From a virus (lineage: Duplodnaviria > Caudoviricetes), in IMG/VR virus record IMGVR_UViG_3300037067_013742, positions 96,001 through 160,000 of that record: a DNA stretch of 64,000 bases; one strand, 5' to 3'. Under the pieces are notes generated by a model. It made no database searches. It was not told where the DNA came from and saw only the letters and a list, made by a program, of their open reading frames with translations. Positions within the stretch are counted from its first letter, which is position 1; each line of letters begins with the position of its first letter. A program made the translations under genes and the position numbers. Below, in pieces: positions 39,476 to 49,052 of this stretch.

Positions 39476-41455
39476 GTGCTCCATATCAACAGATACCCGG
39501 TTTGGCCCGACGGACGCTGCAAGAAACAGTCGGGCTTTGGTCCGTTGTCTGGCACGTTGATCGAGAAGTATGACGCGCGTGCTTGCTTCGATCCCATGAC
39601 GTTGACCAGTGTTGGGGCAGAGAATCCCTGGGGCGTGCCTTACATGCTCTGGACGTCTCTGGACGGCGACACACCGACGATCAACCCCGCCGGAATGACG
39701 CTGGCCGCGACGGGAGCGGGAGTCGTACCGGGGGCGCCCACGCCGTATCAGTACCCATCTGGGGTGGACGCGACAACAGAACGCTATGACGGAGTGGACT
39801 ACAGAAGGGACACGACACATCCTCCGTCTTGGCTGATTACTGATGATCTCGTTATTCTGGTGAAGTACAAGACGTACGACGACTACGGCACTGCGCGAAA
39901 GGTGTTGCTAACAAACCAACCCAGCATCTACACAAATGGATTTAGCATTTACCATATAAATGCGCCAGGCAACACCTTCTTTAGATTTTACTACCTACCG
40001 TTAGCGCATCAAGCCGCTGTCCCCATGGGGAACTCTTGGAGAAGAACACACAATTTTGCTGTTTGCATATTGGACAGATCTGCCGAGAATCTGTATGGGT
40101 GGTTGAATGGCACTCCTGGCGGGCCGTACCATGATGCAGTATTGAATAATGCTACGTATGTGGGCACCGGCTTCGCTGTTGGAGCCTTTACTGATGGCAC
40201 TTACCCGGCAGGGGCTGGTACTGGCGTAGAGTGGTTCGCCATTTATGCTGGCGCCGATCTATACGAATTCTGGACGGCGGATAGCAGCAGGCTAATAAAC
40301 CGTATAACCTGGGAGTCTCTTGGGTTGAGAGAGACTCTTACGAACAGCAAATACTGGGCCTATTCACACCCTGACGGGACTATTCAACCTCCAGCAGATG
40401 CAGGTGATGGGGGAACATCGTACAAGGATCATAATGGTAGGTGGTGGCTAGCTACGCATGACGCCCCGGCCGCAGGAAATCCTAACGGCGCGCTCATGGT
40501 AGGATATGCCCATAATGTCGCATGCAGCGGTACCTATAACATAAACCCCACAGTCACTACTGGGTGGACCGTTTCCGGTGGTGTGTTCTCTGTTGTCAAT
40601 GACGCTGCTGCCCTGCTCGCGGCCAAGGCCGAGGTGTGGGGGCCTGCCGTTTTCAGCTTTGCGAACACTTCAGGCGTTAGTCAGACCGCTTACTGCGGCG
40701 CATCGCCCGCTGTTGTGCCTTGCCACTTCCATTTGCTCGCCAGGTACACTGTAGGTGGTGCTGGCGATGCAGAGATTGGGTGGCGGGATGTCAGTGCCGG
40801 AACATTTACCGCAGTTGGAACTATCAGCGACAACTACGATCTCAACGAGTTTTATTCGCAGACACCGCCTGATTCAGACTGTCGATTCTGTATCCGTGTT
40901 CCAGATCAATGCACGTTGCTGTTCATAGCCCAAAGTCTGAATGGATATAGCGTTGCCGATACTGTGGGCCGCAACAAGTACCCAGTGCCATATACAGCTC
41001 TGGGCGCGTATATGGCTACCATGGGTCGACGCGGGCGAGACTTCTGTACAACAGAGCACACGCCAGCAGCAGCTTCGGATTCCATCACAGTGCATGTTGC
41101 TCCGCTAGGCTGGAGCGGCACGGAGTGTGCTGACGATAACTCGATACTTCAGTGCGTGACGACTGCTGGAGACATACTCCATGCTGAAAAGGCCGCTGCG
41201 GGCTGGGCCACATCTGACGGCACAACGCAGATTCAGACTGTCGCTCCGGACGTGCCCACAAACGGCGTGTACGTGGATGTCTGGACAGCTTGGAAGGGCG
41301 CGCTGCAGTACGTGCAACAGGGGTTGCTGGGTGTAGCCGTGACTGGGGCGTACGATGGAGACAAAGGCACTGCCGGCCCGTTGGTGCTCCAGATACCTAC
41401 CGAAGGCAGCGGTGACTGCCTCGTGAAGTACATCGAGATCCGGGACGTTTCGTAG
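39476..41455 (+). CDS. Putative receptor-binding/carbohydrate-binding protein (ConA/LamG-like), compositionally foreign
   Basis: HNFAVCILDRS...LYGWLNGT...FAVGA fits a LamG-like pattern. Locally much higher GC (44/60 at 39661-39720; 38/60 at 41281-41340). Confidence 0.5.
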   Translation: MLHINRYPVWPDGRCKKQSGFGPLSGTLIEKYDARACFDPMTLTSVGAENPWGVPYMLWTSLDGDTPTINPAGMTLAATGAGVVPGAPTPYQYPSGVDATTERYDGVDYRRDTTHPPSWLITDDLVILVKYKTYDDYGTARKVLLTNQPSIYTNGFSIYHINAPGNTFFRFYYLPLAHQAAVPMGNSWRRTHNFAVCILDRSAENLYGWLNGTPGGPYHDAVLNNATYVGTGFAVGAFTDGTYPAGAGTGVEWFAIYAGADLYEFWTADSSRLINRITWESLGLRETLTNSKYWAYSHPDGTIQPPADAGDGGTSYKDHNGRWWLATHDAPAAGNPNGALMVGYAHNVACSGTYNINPTVTTGWTVSGGVFSVVNDAAALLAAKAEVWGPAVFSFANTSGVSQTAYCGASPAVVPCHFHLLARYTVGGAGDAEIGWRDVSAGTFTAVGTISDNYDLNEFYSQTPPDSDCRFCIRVPDQCTLLFIAQSLNGYSVADTVGRNKYPVPYTALGAYMATMGRRGRDFCTTEHTPAAASDSITVHVAPLGWSGTECADDNSILQCVTTAGDILHAEKAAAGWATSDGTTQIQTVAPDVPTNGVYVDVWTAWKGALQYVQQGLLGVAVTGAYDGDKGTAGPLVLQIPTEGSGDCLVKYIEIRDVS

Positions 41456-41484
41456 AAAAAATCACGCTACACATAAATTATTAG

Positions 41485-41508
41485 ATAGGCTACACTATCT
41501 TTGGAGGG
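41485..41508 (+). promoter_or_regulatory. Candidate -10 element (TAGGC-TACACT) followed by GGAGG RBS
   Basis: TACACT at 41491-41496; a near-identical context occurs on the - strand at ~60926-60902. Confidence 0.45.
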
Positions 41509-41512
41509 TCTA

Positions 41513-41905
41513 ATGACTCTAAGAACTAAAAAAGTAGACATGTCTTCTCTTCCATTTGGGCGGTCTGTTACCTGGAGCTCGGGGACTGGAGACTTTGTTA
41601 ATACTGATATCTTAGATATTCAGGGGTCTCTTATGAAGGGCAGCTCTTATCTATCAGTCCAAGTAGAGGCCGCTTCAAGTTGTACTTTTCGTGTAAACGC
41701 ACGAACTATTAGGTATCCTCTTTATGAGGCCGCATTGATTAATGGAATCAACGCTCCAGATCTTCAGAATGGGGTAGAAGTAATAGACCAGAATGCTCTT
41801 ACTTATACTCTTACAGCCGGTGAGCTTCTAGAGCTTACTGATCTGCCAGTTGCCAACCTTCAGTTTACCGCCCTTGCTGGTACTGTAGTCGTTACTGCCC
41901 GATAA
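41513..41905 (+). CDS. Small beta-rich hypothetical (virion decoration candidate); start probably ATG 41513
   Basis: GGAGG at 41503-41507 sits upstream of ATG 41513. Confidence 0.5.
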   Translation: MTLRTKKVDMSSLPFGRSVTWSSGTGDFVNTDILDIQGSLMKGSSYLSVQVEAASSCTFRVNARTIRYPLYEAALINGINAPDLQNGVEVIDQNALTYTLTAGELLELTDLPVANLQFTALAGTVVVTAR

Positions 41906-41954
41906 ATCTCCCTTTTATAGTAAACTTACAATTAGTTTAAACACGAGGTAAGCT

Positions 41955-43082
41955 TTGTACCTTAAGAATGGCGTGTGGGTTAAAGGTCCTCCTCCAAAGA
42001 GTGTATCTACTAGTGGCCCAAAGGTTACTACTCATCAGGCGCAAAGAACAGCTGTTGTTTCGTCTCCTAGAAGGCTAGATGCTCTTTTAAGGGGCAGAGC
42101 TCGGATTTGTATTAATCGTTCGCTCGGCGGATTGGGAGACATAATTATGGCCACCCCTATTGCGAGGGGCATTAAGAGGAAGCATCCAGAGAGCCACGTA
42201 ACTTATGCAGTGCCTACTGACTATGCTGGTGGGGATCTCTTAGATCTACTTCTTTATAACCCATATATAGATGAGATCATAGATTATAAGATTGTTAGTC
42301 GTGATGACTATGATGCCTTTGCAGATATAACCAGAGCTGGTCTGGCCGAAGAAGTTCGCGCGGCAAAAAATAGAGTTGTTCCTAAGAATAGGATTGATCT
42401 CTTCTCTGAAGAGTCTGGCTTTCCTCTTTACGGAATGACTCGTCCTATTTACGTTATGCTCGAAGAAGAGAGAGCCTGGGGCAAAGATTTTGCAGCAAAA
42501 CAAGTTGCTGGCAAAAAACCAAGGGGACTAATTGCAGTCCATCTTCGGTCTAACGACCCCAAGAGGACTTGGCCAAAAGATCGTGTCAGAGAATTTCTGA
42601 CACTATGTGCAAAGCACAACTACCATACATTTCTATTTGGCTGGGGTGATAATGCCGATGAATGGAGAATAAGTGGAACCACGCTTGTCTTCAACTATAA
42701 GATTAGGCAGGCCGCTGCTATTTTAGATGCTTGTGATCTTCTTGTTTGTCCCGACAGCTCGATGCTCCATCTCGCTGGAGCGTTAAATAAAAGAATAGTT
42801 TCTCTGTTTGGGTCAATGCCACCAGCCTGTAGAATCAATCATTACCCCAACGCCATTGCGGTAGTAAACCAAAAGCTATCTTGTCTTGGCTGTCTCTATG
42901 AACCTTGTCACCAAAATTTCTACTGTATGTCTAGTCTCTTACCAGAGGCCGTTCTTTCTGCCGTAGAGATGCAGCTGAAGCAAGACATAAGACAGCCTAA
43001 TTTGCCAGAGAGTATAGTTGTAAACTCTTCTAGCTTCGAGCAGGATATCTTAGGCACAGAAATAAAGTCTTTCGAAATCTAG
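41955..43082 (+). CDS. GT9-family (heptosyltransferase-like) glycosyltransferase
   Basis: GGLGDIIMATP and DLLVCPDSSMLHLAGALNKRIVSLFG. Confidence 0.9.
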   Translation: MYLKNGVWVKGPPPKSVSTSGPKVTTHQAQRTAVVSSPRRLDALLRGRARICINRSLGGLGDIIMATPIARGIKRKHPESHVTYAVPTDYAGGDLLDLLLYNPYIDEIIDYKIVSRDDYDAFADITRAGLAEEVRAAKNRVVPKNRIDLFSEESGFPLYGMTRPIYVMLEEERAWGKDFAAKQVAGKKPRGLIAVHLRSNDPKRTWPKDRVREFLTLCAKHNYHTFLFGWGDNADEWRISGTTLVFNYKIRQAAAILDACDLLVCPDSSMLHLAGALNKRIVSLFGSMPPACRINHYPNAIAVVNQKLSCLGCLYEPCHQNFYCMSSLLPEAVLSAVEMQLKQDIRQPNLPESIVVNSSSFEQDILGTEIKSFEI

Positions 43083-43086
43083 AAAG

Positions 43087-43104
43087 TGTTATTATTTTCA
43101 CATG
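43087..43104 (+). promoter_or_regulatory. Extended -10 (TG-T-TATTAT) 6 nt before ATG; leaderless-type
   Basis: TATTAT 43090-43095, ATG 43102, no SD. Confidence 0.5.
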
Positions 43105-45603
43105 CAAAATAGCGCTCTCTTTCCATTAAAAGTTTTGTGGACTGGAGCGGTTCCAGATCTTAGTGGGTATGGTTCGGCTTCTAGGGAATATGTTCGGTCT
43201 TTAGATGCTGTTGGCGTTGATGTTGCGGTAGACGCAAAAAGTTTTGAGCCATGGAAATCTAACCTATTAGTTGAACAGATTTTAGATCGCAGGATGTACT
43301 CTCTTATGGCAAAGGATAAGGGAGCCCCCATCCATGTAATACATCTTACTCCCGAGAACTATCCTCCTTATGCTTCTAACAATAAAGCTCGGATTGGTTA
43401 TTATGCTTGGGAAACATCTAAACTTCCAAAGAGTTGGGTTGCTGCAATAGCCAAAACCGTACAGGAAGTCTGGGTTCCCTGCCAATACTTGGCCGACGTT
43501 TCTATTAACTCTGGCGTTACCTGTCCAGTTGTTGTAGTTCCTCACGCAATCCCTCTTCCACCAGAGGGCTGGGTACCCAAGAGTAAGATTAAGGTTCCCG
43601 AGGAAAAGTTTAAGTTTTACTCAATCTTCCAGTGGAGTGAGAGAAAATGTCCTCAAGCTATACTAAGAGCTTACTATGAGGAGTTCTCCCGAGAGGAAAA
43701 TGTTTGTCTTGTCCTAAAGACCTATAGACGCGGTGGAGATGTACGGGAAAGAGATATCGTTCGAAATGAGATTGCCAAGATTAAGAGGGAGATAAAGGGC
43801 CCGGCCTGTCCTCCAGTCGTGCTGATTGAAGAGATGCTTGGTATGTCTGAAGTTTACTCTATCCATTATCACTGTGACTGTTACGTAAGTATGGCTCGCT
43901 CAGAAGGCTTTTGCTGGGTGCCAGATACCCTTGTTGATACATTTGTCGGAATGAAACCTATCAAGAACGTGGAAAAGGGGGATACCGTCCTCTCCCATAC
44001 CGGAGTTCCGAGAGAAGTTTCTGGCTTGACTACTCGTGAGTATTCTGGTGACCTTATACAGTTTAGGGCCTATGGAAATAACATTCCGTATCTTGGGACT
44101 CCCAATCATTTGCATTTCTTTGCTAAGAGGAATGGTCGTAGATGGGATAGCCTTAATGCTAAGAATGTCCTTCCTTCTTGGAGGCCTCTATCAGAGTTAG
44201 AGAGCGGCGATTTTGTTGCTATCCCTCGGCTGAGGTCTACTAGTTTCCCGGCTACCAATGAGATAGATGTTCTTTCTAAAATTACCTCTACTGAATGTAG
44301 AGAAATTCAATTTCATAGTGATGGTCGGTTTTCGCTTAAGGGAAGCTATAAGCAAGAAGAAGGGGCTGTTACTTTACAAGTTGTTGCCAATCATTGTGGT
44401 TGTAGTTTCCAGACTGTTTCTCGGGCATTGCAAGAGACCGAGTCTAGTTGCCCGACTTATGAAGGGGCAAGAAATATGGCCAAAGAGCTGAGCTATATTT
44501 GCGGTCAACCAATGTCAGCTTCTCAGAAAATTTGGTTGGACGATGAGGTCGGTGAATTCTTTGGCCTTTATTTAGCCGAGGGTTGTAGATGTAACGGTTT
44601 TATAGAGTTTGCATCTCACGAAGAAGAGGGTTGGGCAAGAGAGTTAGAGGCGAGGCTTTCTACTAAACTCTTCGGTTCGACAGTTAAAAGTACGAGGCGT
44701 AGTAGGTCGGGCTGGCAGACGACAGCAACCGGAAAAATTATATCCGAGTTCTTTGGTAATTATTTCGGTGGGAAGTGTCAAGAGAAGCATATTCCGATTG
44801 AGCTATGGACCTCACCATGTATTAAGGGGTTAATCCGCGGCCTGTTTTATGGAGATGGACACCAGTGTAAAAAGTCGGGGCGATTCTCTTTTAACTCATC
44901 TTCATCTCGTCTTGCTCTAGATATACGTCTTATTCTTCTAATGAATGGGATCGTGACTCGTCTCGATGTAAGAAGGGCTGATGTAAAGAGGCCAAGTGAT
45001 AACTACACAATTCAGATCGCGGCTGAGCATTCCCGACGTTTTTGGGATCTCTTTGCTCCGAAGAAGTACTATGTTCTTACTGAGCCGTTAGGCACTAATC
45101 GGTGTTCTAATATTCTAGAGTCTCCAGAATATTTTTTGGTTCCTGTTAGGGAAGTATCCAGGACTTTTTATAGGGGCCCAGTCTATAACCTTCATGTCGA
45201 TACTGATGAAAGTTATACCGTTTCCGGTATCGCCACTCATAACTGTATCCCTGTTTTTGAAGCAGCCGCTATGGGGAAGCCAGTTATAGTACCTAACTAC
45301 TCTGCTTTTCCAGAACACTTTAATGATTGGAATAGCTATCTAGTCGATGTGCCCAACGAAATATCTGTTGGTAATATGTCTCATATATCTCCCTTATATA
45401 CTGGAGATATGCTTTGGGGCGACCCATCTATTCCTTCTTGCCGGCAAAAGATGCGAGAAGTATTTGGCAATCAAGAAGCTGCCAAAGAAAAGGGTAGACT
45501 AGCTAAAGAGTACGTTAAAGAATATCTAAACTATGAGGCGATTGGGAGGATAATGAAAGGTCGTCTCGAGAGTATTTATCGTGGAATGATTGGAGAGAAG
45601 TAA
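43102..45603 (+). CDS. GT4-family glycosyltransferase with an intein
   Basis: SGYGSASR, YYAWET, FYSIFQWSERK; the spliced motif SEGF|CIPVFEAAAMGKPVI is the E-x7-E signature. Confidence 0.9.
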   Translation: MQNSALFPLKVLWTGAVPDLSGYGSASREYVRSLDAVGVDVAVDAKSFEPWKSNLLVEQILDRRMYSLMAKDKGAPIHVIHLTPENYPPYASNNKARIGYYAWETSKLPKSWVAAIAKTVQEVWVPCQYLADVSINSGVTCPVVVVPHAIPLPPEGWVPKSKIKVPEEKFKFYSIFQWSERKCPQAILRAYYEEFSREENVCLVLKTYRRGGDVRERDIVRNEIAKIKREIKGPACPPVVLIEEMLGMSEVYSIHYHCDCYVSMARSEGFCWVPDTLVDTFVGMKPIKNVEKGDTVLSHTGVPREVSGLTTREYSGDLIQFRAYGNNIPYLGTPNHLHFFAKRNGRRWDSLNAKNVLPSWRPLSELESGDFVAIPRLRSTSFPATNEIDVLSKITSTECREIQFHSDGRFSLKGSYKQEEGAVTLQVVANHCGCSFQTVSRALQETESSCPTYEGARNMAKELSYICGQPMSASQKIWLDDEVGEFFGLYLAEGCRCNGFIEFASHEEEGWARELEARLSTKLFGSTVKSTRRSRSGWQTTATGKIISEFFGNYFGGKCQEKHIPIELWTSPCIKGLIRGLFYGDGHQCKKSGRFSFNSSSSRLALDIRLILLMNGIVTRLDVRRADVKRPSDNYTIQIAAEHSRRFWDLFAPKKYYVLTEPLGTNRCSNILESPEYFLVPVREVSRTFYRGPVYNLHVDTDESYTVSGIATHNCIPVFEAAAMGKPVIVPNYSAFPEHFNDWNSYLVDVPNEISVGNMSHISPLYTGDMLWGDPSIPSCRQKMREVFGNQEAAKEKGRLAKEYVKEYLNYEAIGRIMKGRLESIYRGMIGEK
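43912..45243 (+). mobile_element. Intein with LAGLIDADG endonuclease and LacI-like HTH insert (444 aa)
   Basis: CWVPDTLV, GTPNH, FFGLYLAEG, LIRGLFYGDG, VYNLHV and ATHN followed by +1 Cys. Confidence 0.94.
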
Positions 45604-45604
45604 T

Positions 45605-46261
45605 ATGGCATATAGCCTAGATACTAAACAAGTAGAAGAGATAAAAGCCCTAAGAATATCTGGAGAGACTTATGCTTCTATAGCCAAAAAGTTTGGCGTT
45701 ACTTTTCAGCATATAGAGGCAATCTGTTCTGGCCGGAGAAAGAAGCTAAGTGTATCAGTAGATCTTCCTGGCGAAGACTGGAGACTAATTAGTTCAATTC
45801 CAGTTTTGCTTGCTAGTAACCTAGGTCGAATAAAGAGGATTGAGACTGGAAGGGTGCTTAAGATTAGAGTAGATCCTCATGGGTATAATACTGTTAGTTT
45901 CTCTTTTGAGTCTAAGAAAAGATTAAAGCTTGTTCACCGACTAATAGCCGAAGCCTGGTTAGGTTCTTGTCCCAGTGAGAAACAAGTTAATCATAAGGAT
46001 GGAAACAAGAGTAATAACACACCACAAAACCTTGAGTACCTCTTTCCAGGAGAGAATGATCTTCATGCTTATAGAACTGGCCTTAAAGATGCCAAAGGCG
46101 AAAAGAATGGTAGAGCAAAACTAACTGAGGAGGTTATTAAGAAGATCAGGGCTCTTGCTTCTAATGGGGATCACTATAGCCAGATTGCTGGGTCTTTTGG
46201 GATTACACCATCCCACTGTCATGCAATCATTACTAAGAAGTGCTGGCGTCATGTGGTATAA
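45605..46261 (+). CDS. Free-standing NUMOD4-HNH homing endonuclease with flanking HTH repeats
   Basis: EDWRLI...ASNLGRIK, VHRLIAEAW...VNHKDGNKSNNTPQNLEY and GEKNGRAKLTEE...W.HV; start probably ATG 45605. Confidence 0.88.
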   Translation: MAYSLDTKQVEEIKALRISGETYASIAKKFGVTFQHIEAICSGRRKKLSVSVDLPGEDWRLISSIPVLLASNLGRIKRIETGRVLKIRVDPHGYNTVSFSFESKKRLKLVHRLIAEAWLGSCPSEKQVNHKDGNKSNNTPQNLEYLFPGENDLHAYRTGLKDAKGEKNGRAKLTEEVIKKIRALASNGDHYSQIAGSFGITPSHCHAIITKKCWRHVV

Positions 46262-46262
46262 T
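46254..46262 (+). promoter_or_regulatory. Consensus extended -10 TGGTATAAT overlapping the HNH stop codon
   Basis: TG-G-TATAAT ends 21 nt upstream of ATG 46284. Confidence 0.5.
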
Positions 46263-46283
46263 GTCATCAACGGTTAAAAGACA

Positions 46284-47321
46284 ATGAAAATCCTATACTT
46301 GAGCGCACATTCTATTTTGGAGTATGATGAGGTTAAATTACTTCACGAATTGGGTCACCAGGTCTTCTCTCCCGGTGCTTATGTAGAGCCTGCTAACCCT
46401 GGTGATGCTTCTCTTCGACCCTCCATCTCTGGTCTTGTATATGATCCAGAGATTCTTCGGCAGTATCATTTACTTGGAGCTGCCTTTCCCGGACAGGATG
46501 GAAAGGACCATCTCTCTAAATCTTTTGTAGATAACTTTGACGTTGTTGTTGTTATGCATATGCCTCGATGGATTGAGAATAACTGGGAGGCGATGAAACA
46601 CAAAAAAGTCATCTGGAGAACTATCGGTCAGTCGGTTGCTTCTGTAGAGCAGAATATGAAGAAGTATGTAGACCAGGGACTCGTTGTTCTTCGCTATTCT
46701 CCTAACGAGGCAAACATTCCTCACTTCTGTGGGCAGCATGGCCTTATCAGATTCGGTAAAGATCCAGAGGTTTATAAGGGCTGGACTGGCGAGAAACAGT
46801 TTGTAATTAACTTTACCCAAAGTATGCAACAGCGAGGTACTGCTTGTGGGTATAAGATCTTTGATGAGGTAACTAAAATCTTTCCGAGGAAGTTGTTCGG
46901 ACCAGAAAACAATCAGCCTGGTTTTGGTATGGGTAAAGTTAGCTTTGAACAACAGGTGGAAGAGCTACAGAAGAACAGATGTTATTTTTATACTGGGACT
47001 CATCCAGCTTCTTATACTCTTAATTATATAGAAGCGGCAATGACTGGAATTCCAGTGGTAGCTATTGGTCCCCAAAATGGAAATGCCGAGTATTGGCGAA
47101 ATCACAATTTATATGAGGTACATAATCTTATCCAAGATGGAGTGAATGGCTTTGTATCTGATGATCCTAATATTCTAAGAAAGAGAGTAAGGGACCTACT
47201 AGCCGACAAGGCTTTGGCCGACAGGGTATCAGAGGCGGGTCGAAAAGAGGCGATAAAGCATTTTGGAGTAGATATGATCCGTGCTGCTTGGGGAGACTTC
47301 CTAAAGAGGGTAGTAGGATGA
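46284..47321 (+). CDS. GT-B (GT4-like) glycosyltransferase
   Basis: MKILYL start; YTLNYIEAAMTGIPVV; IQDGVNGFVSDD. Confidence 0.85.
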   Translation: MKILYLSAHSILEYDEVKLLHELGHQVFSPGAYVEPANPGDASLRPSISGLVYDPEILRQYHLLGAAFPGQDGKDHLSKSFVDNFDVVVVMHMPRWIENNWEAMKHKKVIWRTIGQSVASVEQNMKKYVDQGLVVLRYSPNEANIPHFCGQHGLIRFGKDPEVYKGWTGEKQFVINFTQSMQQRGTACGYKIFDEVTKIFPRKLFGPENNQPGFGMGKVSFEQQVEELQKNRCYFYTGTHPASYTLNYIEAAMTGIPVVAIGPQNGNAEYWRNHNLYEVHNLIQDGVNGFVSDDPNILRKRVRDLLADKALADRVSEAGRKEAIKHFGVDMIRAAWGDFLKRVVG

Positions 47322-48025
47322 AAGATTTAGTCTATACAGATAAGGGCTCTAAGAATTGGCTATTTGAGAAGTATTACTTTGGTGGACAGAACTATAGATA
47401 CTTTACATTTCAATTAGCCCTAAACCTTCTAAAGCAGAGGCATCCAAATCCAATAATCATCGAGACTGGCTGTCAGCGAATGAAGGATGATCTTGGGGCA
47501 GGGATGTCTACCTCGATCTGGGGAGAATACTGTCAACGATATGGGGGTCATCTGACTTCAGTAGATATCTCTGGACAGAACCTAACGGTATGTAAGGAAT
47601 GCACCGCACAATACGCTGGTCTTATTACATATATCCAAAGTGACTCTATTGCTTTTCTCTCTGGCAAGAGAGGAGCTGCCGATCTCCTATATCTAGATAG
47701 TCTAGATTATGACTATGGTGGTCTTCTGAATATCTATGGTGGGGCAGCCGATATAAATGCGGCCATCAAAGCTGTTGACGCAATTCCTCAAGACGAGCTT
47801 CTAAAGAAGCACTCCAATATTATCCTTCCTGCTCAGCAGCATTGTCTCAGTGAACTAAAAGCAGCTGAGAAGTCAGGGATTATAAAGGCAGATACAATCC
47901 TAATGATTGATGATAATCAGCTTCCTGGAGGTGGAAAGTCTAGATTAGTTAAGGACTATCTAGCAAGTACGGGGTGGACTTGTCTGCTTGATCACCAGCA
48001 GACCTTGTGGGTTAGGAAGCTATAG
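47318..48025 (+). CDS. Class I SAM-dependent methyltransferase (Methyltransf_24-like); start probably ATG 47318
   Basis: IIETGC, LTSVDI, SDSIAFL, DLLYLDS and LMIDD; ATGA overlap. Confidence 0.75.
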   Translation: MKDLVYTDKGSKNWLFEKYYFGGQNYRYFTFQLALNLLKQRHPNPIIIETGCQRMKDDLGAGMSTSIWGEYCQRYGGHLTSVDISGQNLTVCKECTAQYAGLITYIQSDSIAFLSGKRGAADLLYLDSLDYDYGGLLNIYGGAADINAAIKAVDAIPQDELLKKHSNIILPAQQHCLSELKAAEKSGIIKADTILMIDDNQLPGGGKSRLVKDYLASTGWTCLLDHQQTLWVRKL

Positions 48026-48046
48026 AGTTTAGGAGTGGAGTTAATA

Positions 48047-49045
48047 ATGAGTAGGACCGTGTTAGTTACTGGCGGCGCTGGCTTTATTGGCCATCATCTG
48101 ATTCAGCACTTGCTAGAGAAGACAGACTACAATGTTATCTCTCTAGATCGGCTGGATACCTCCGGGAACTTGTCTCGGCTTGCTGATATTTTGGAGGGAA
48201 ACCCACAATGGGTTTCTAGGCTAAGAATCGTATGGCACGATCTAAAGGCTGAGATTAATGACCTTATTGCAAAAGATATTGGTCCGGTTGACTTCGTTCT
48301 ACATCTGGCCGCTGGATCTCACGTTGATAGAAGCATTGATGACCCAATGTCCTTTGTAATGGATAACGTTGTTGGTACCTGTAACATCCTTAACTATGCG
48401 AGACTAAAGCTTAAGGACCTTAGACTCTTTCTATACTTTAGTACAGACGAAGTGTTTGGCCCTGCCGCAGAAGGGGTCTTCTTTAAAGAGGACGATAGGT
48501 ACAATTGTGGAAATCCTTATGCGGCATGTAAGGCTGGTGGAGAGCAGCTTGCTGTTGCTTTTGAGAATACCTATAGGATGCCTATCATTATTACGCATGC
48601 AATGAATCTTTTTGGGATTCGCCAGCATCCAGAGAAATTTATCCCTATGGTAATTAGGAAGGTTCTTAATAACGAGACCGTTATGATTCATGCGAACAAG
48701 GACTGTTCTCAAGCTGGGAGGAGACACTACTTAAACACAACTGACCTTTGCGAGGGCGTTCTTTTCCTTATGGAAAAGGGAATATCAGGTCAGAAGTATA
48801 ATCTAGTCGGAGAGAGAGAAGTTGATAACTTACAACTAGCCCAGATGATTGCTGGGATTCTAGGTAGAGAGCTCTCATATAAAATGATTGACTTCCATTC
48901 ATCTCGTCCTGGTCATGATCTTCGTTATGCTTTAGATGGAACAAAGATGGCTATGCTTGGATGGACGCCACAGAAGAAAGTAGAAGAAAGACTTAAAGAG
49001 GTAGTAGAATGGACCGTTACGCATACAAAGTGGCTTGATATTTAG
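48047..49045 (+). CDS. rmlB: dTDP-glucose 4,6-dehydratase-like (extended SDR)
   Basis: TGGAGFIG, HLAAGSHVDRSI, STDEVFG, YAACK, QHPEKFIP and RPGHDLRYALD. Confidence 0.88.
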   Translation: MSRTVLVTGGAGFIGHHLIQHLLEKTDYNVISLDRLDTSGNLSRLADILEGNPQWVSRLRIVWHDLKAEINDLIAKDIGPVDFVLHLAAGSHVDRSIDDPMSFVMDNVVGTCNILNYARLKLKDLRLFLYFSTDEVFGPAAEGVFFKEDDRYNCGNPYAACKAGGEQLAVAFENTYRMPIIITHAMNLFGIRQHPEKFIPMVIRKVLNNETVMIHANKDCSQAGRRHYLNTTDLCEGVLFLMEKGISGQKYNLVGEREVDNLQLAQMIAGILGRELSYKMIDFHSSRPGHDLRYALDGTKMAMLGWTPQKKVEERLKEVVEWTVTHTKWLDI

Positions 49046-49052
49046 GAGCAGA

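Noticed and set aside
36946-41455. Diversity-generating retroelement acting on the fibre genes
   Set aside because: No reverse transcriptase and no near-identical TR/VR pair differing at adenines in this window. The paralogy is old and at protein level.
3-41905. Extracellular contractile injection system or tailocin rather than a phage
   Set aside because: Gene sizes, inteins, the HNH gene, the endonuclease I-like gene and the sigma-like gene fit a large phage better. Capsid, sheath and terminase genes are outside the window, so this is not formally excluded.
45590-46283. Group I intron housing the HNH gene
   Set aside because: Both flanking GT genes are complete and the flanks are only ~1-22 nt, too short for a ribozyme core.
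33-49052. ORF-track starts at 33, 38016, 41501, 45590, 47288, 48035 and 49035
   Set aside because: An open upstream frame, RBS position, gene overlaps or paralog alignment favour <3, 38061, 41513, 45605, 47318, 48047 and 49053 respectively.
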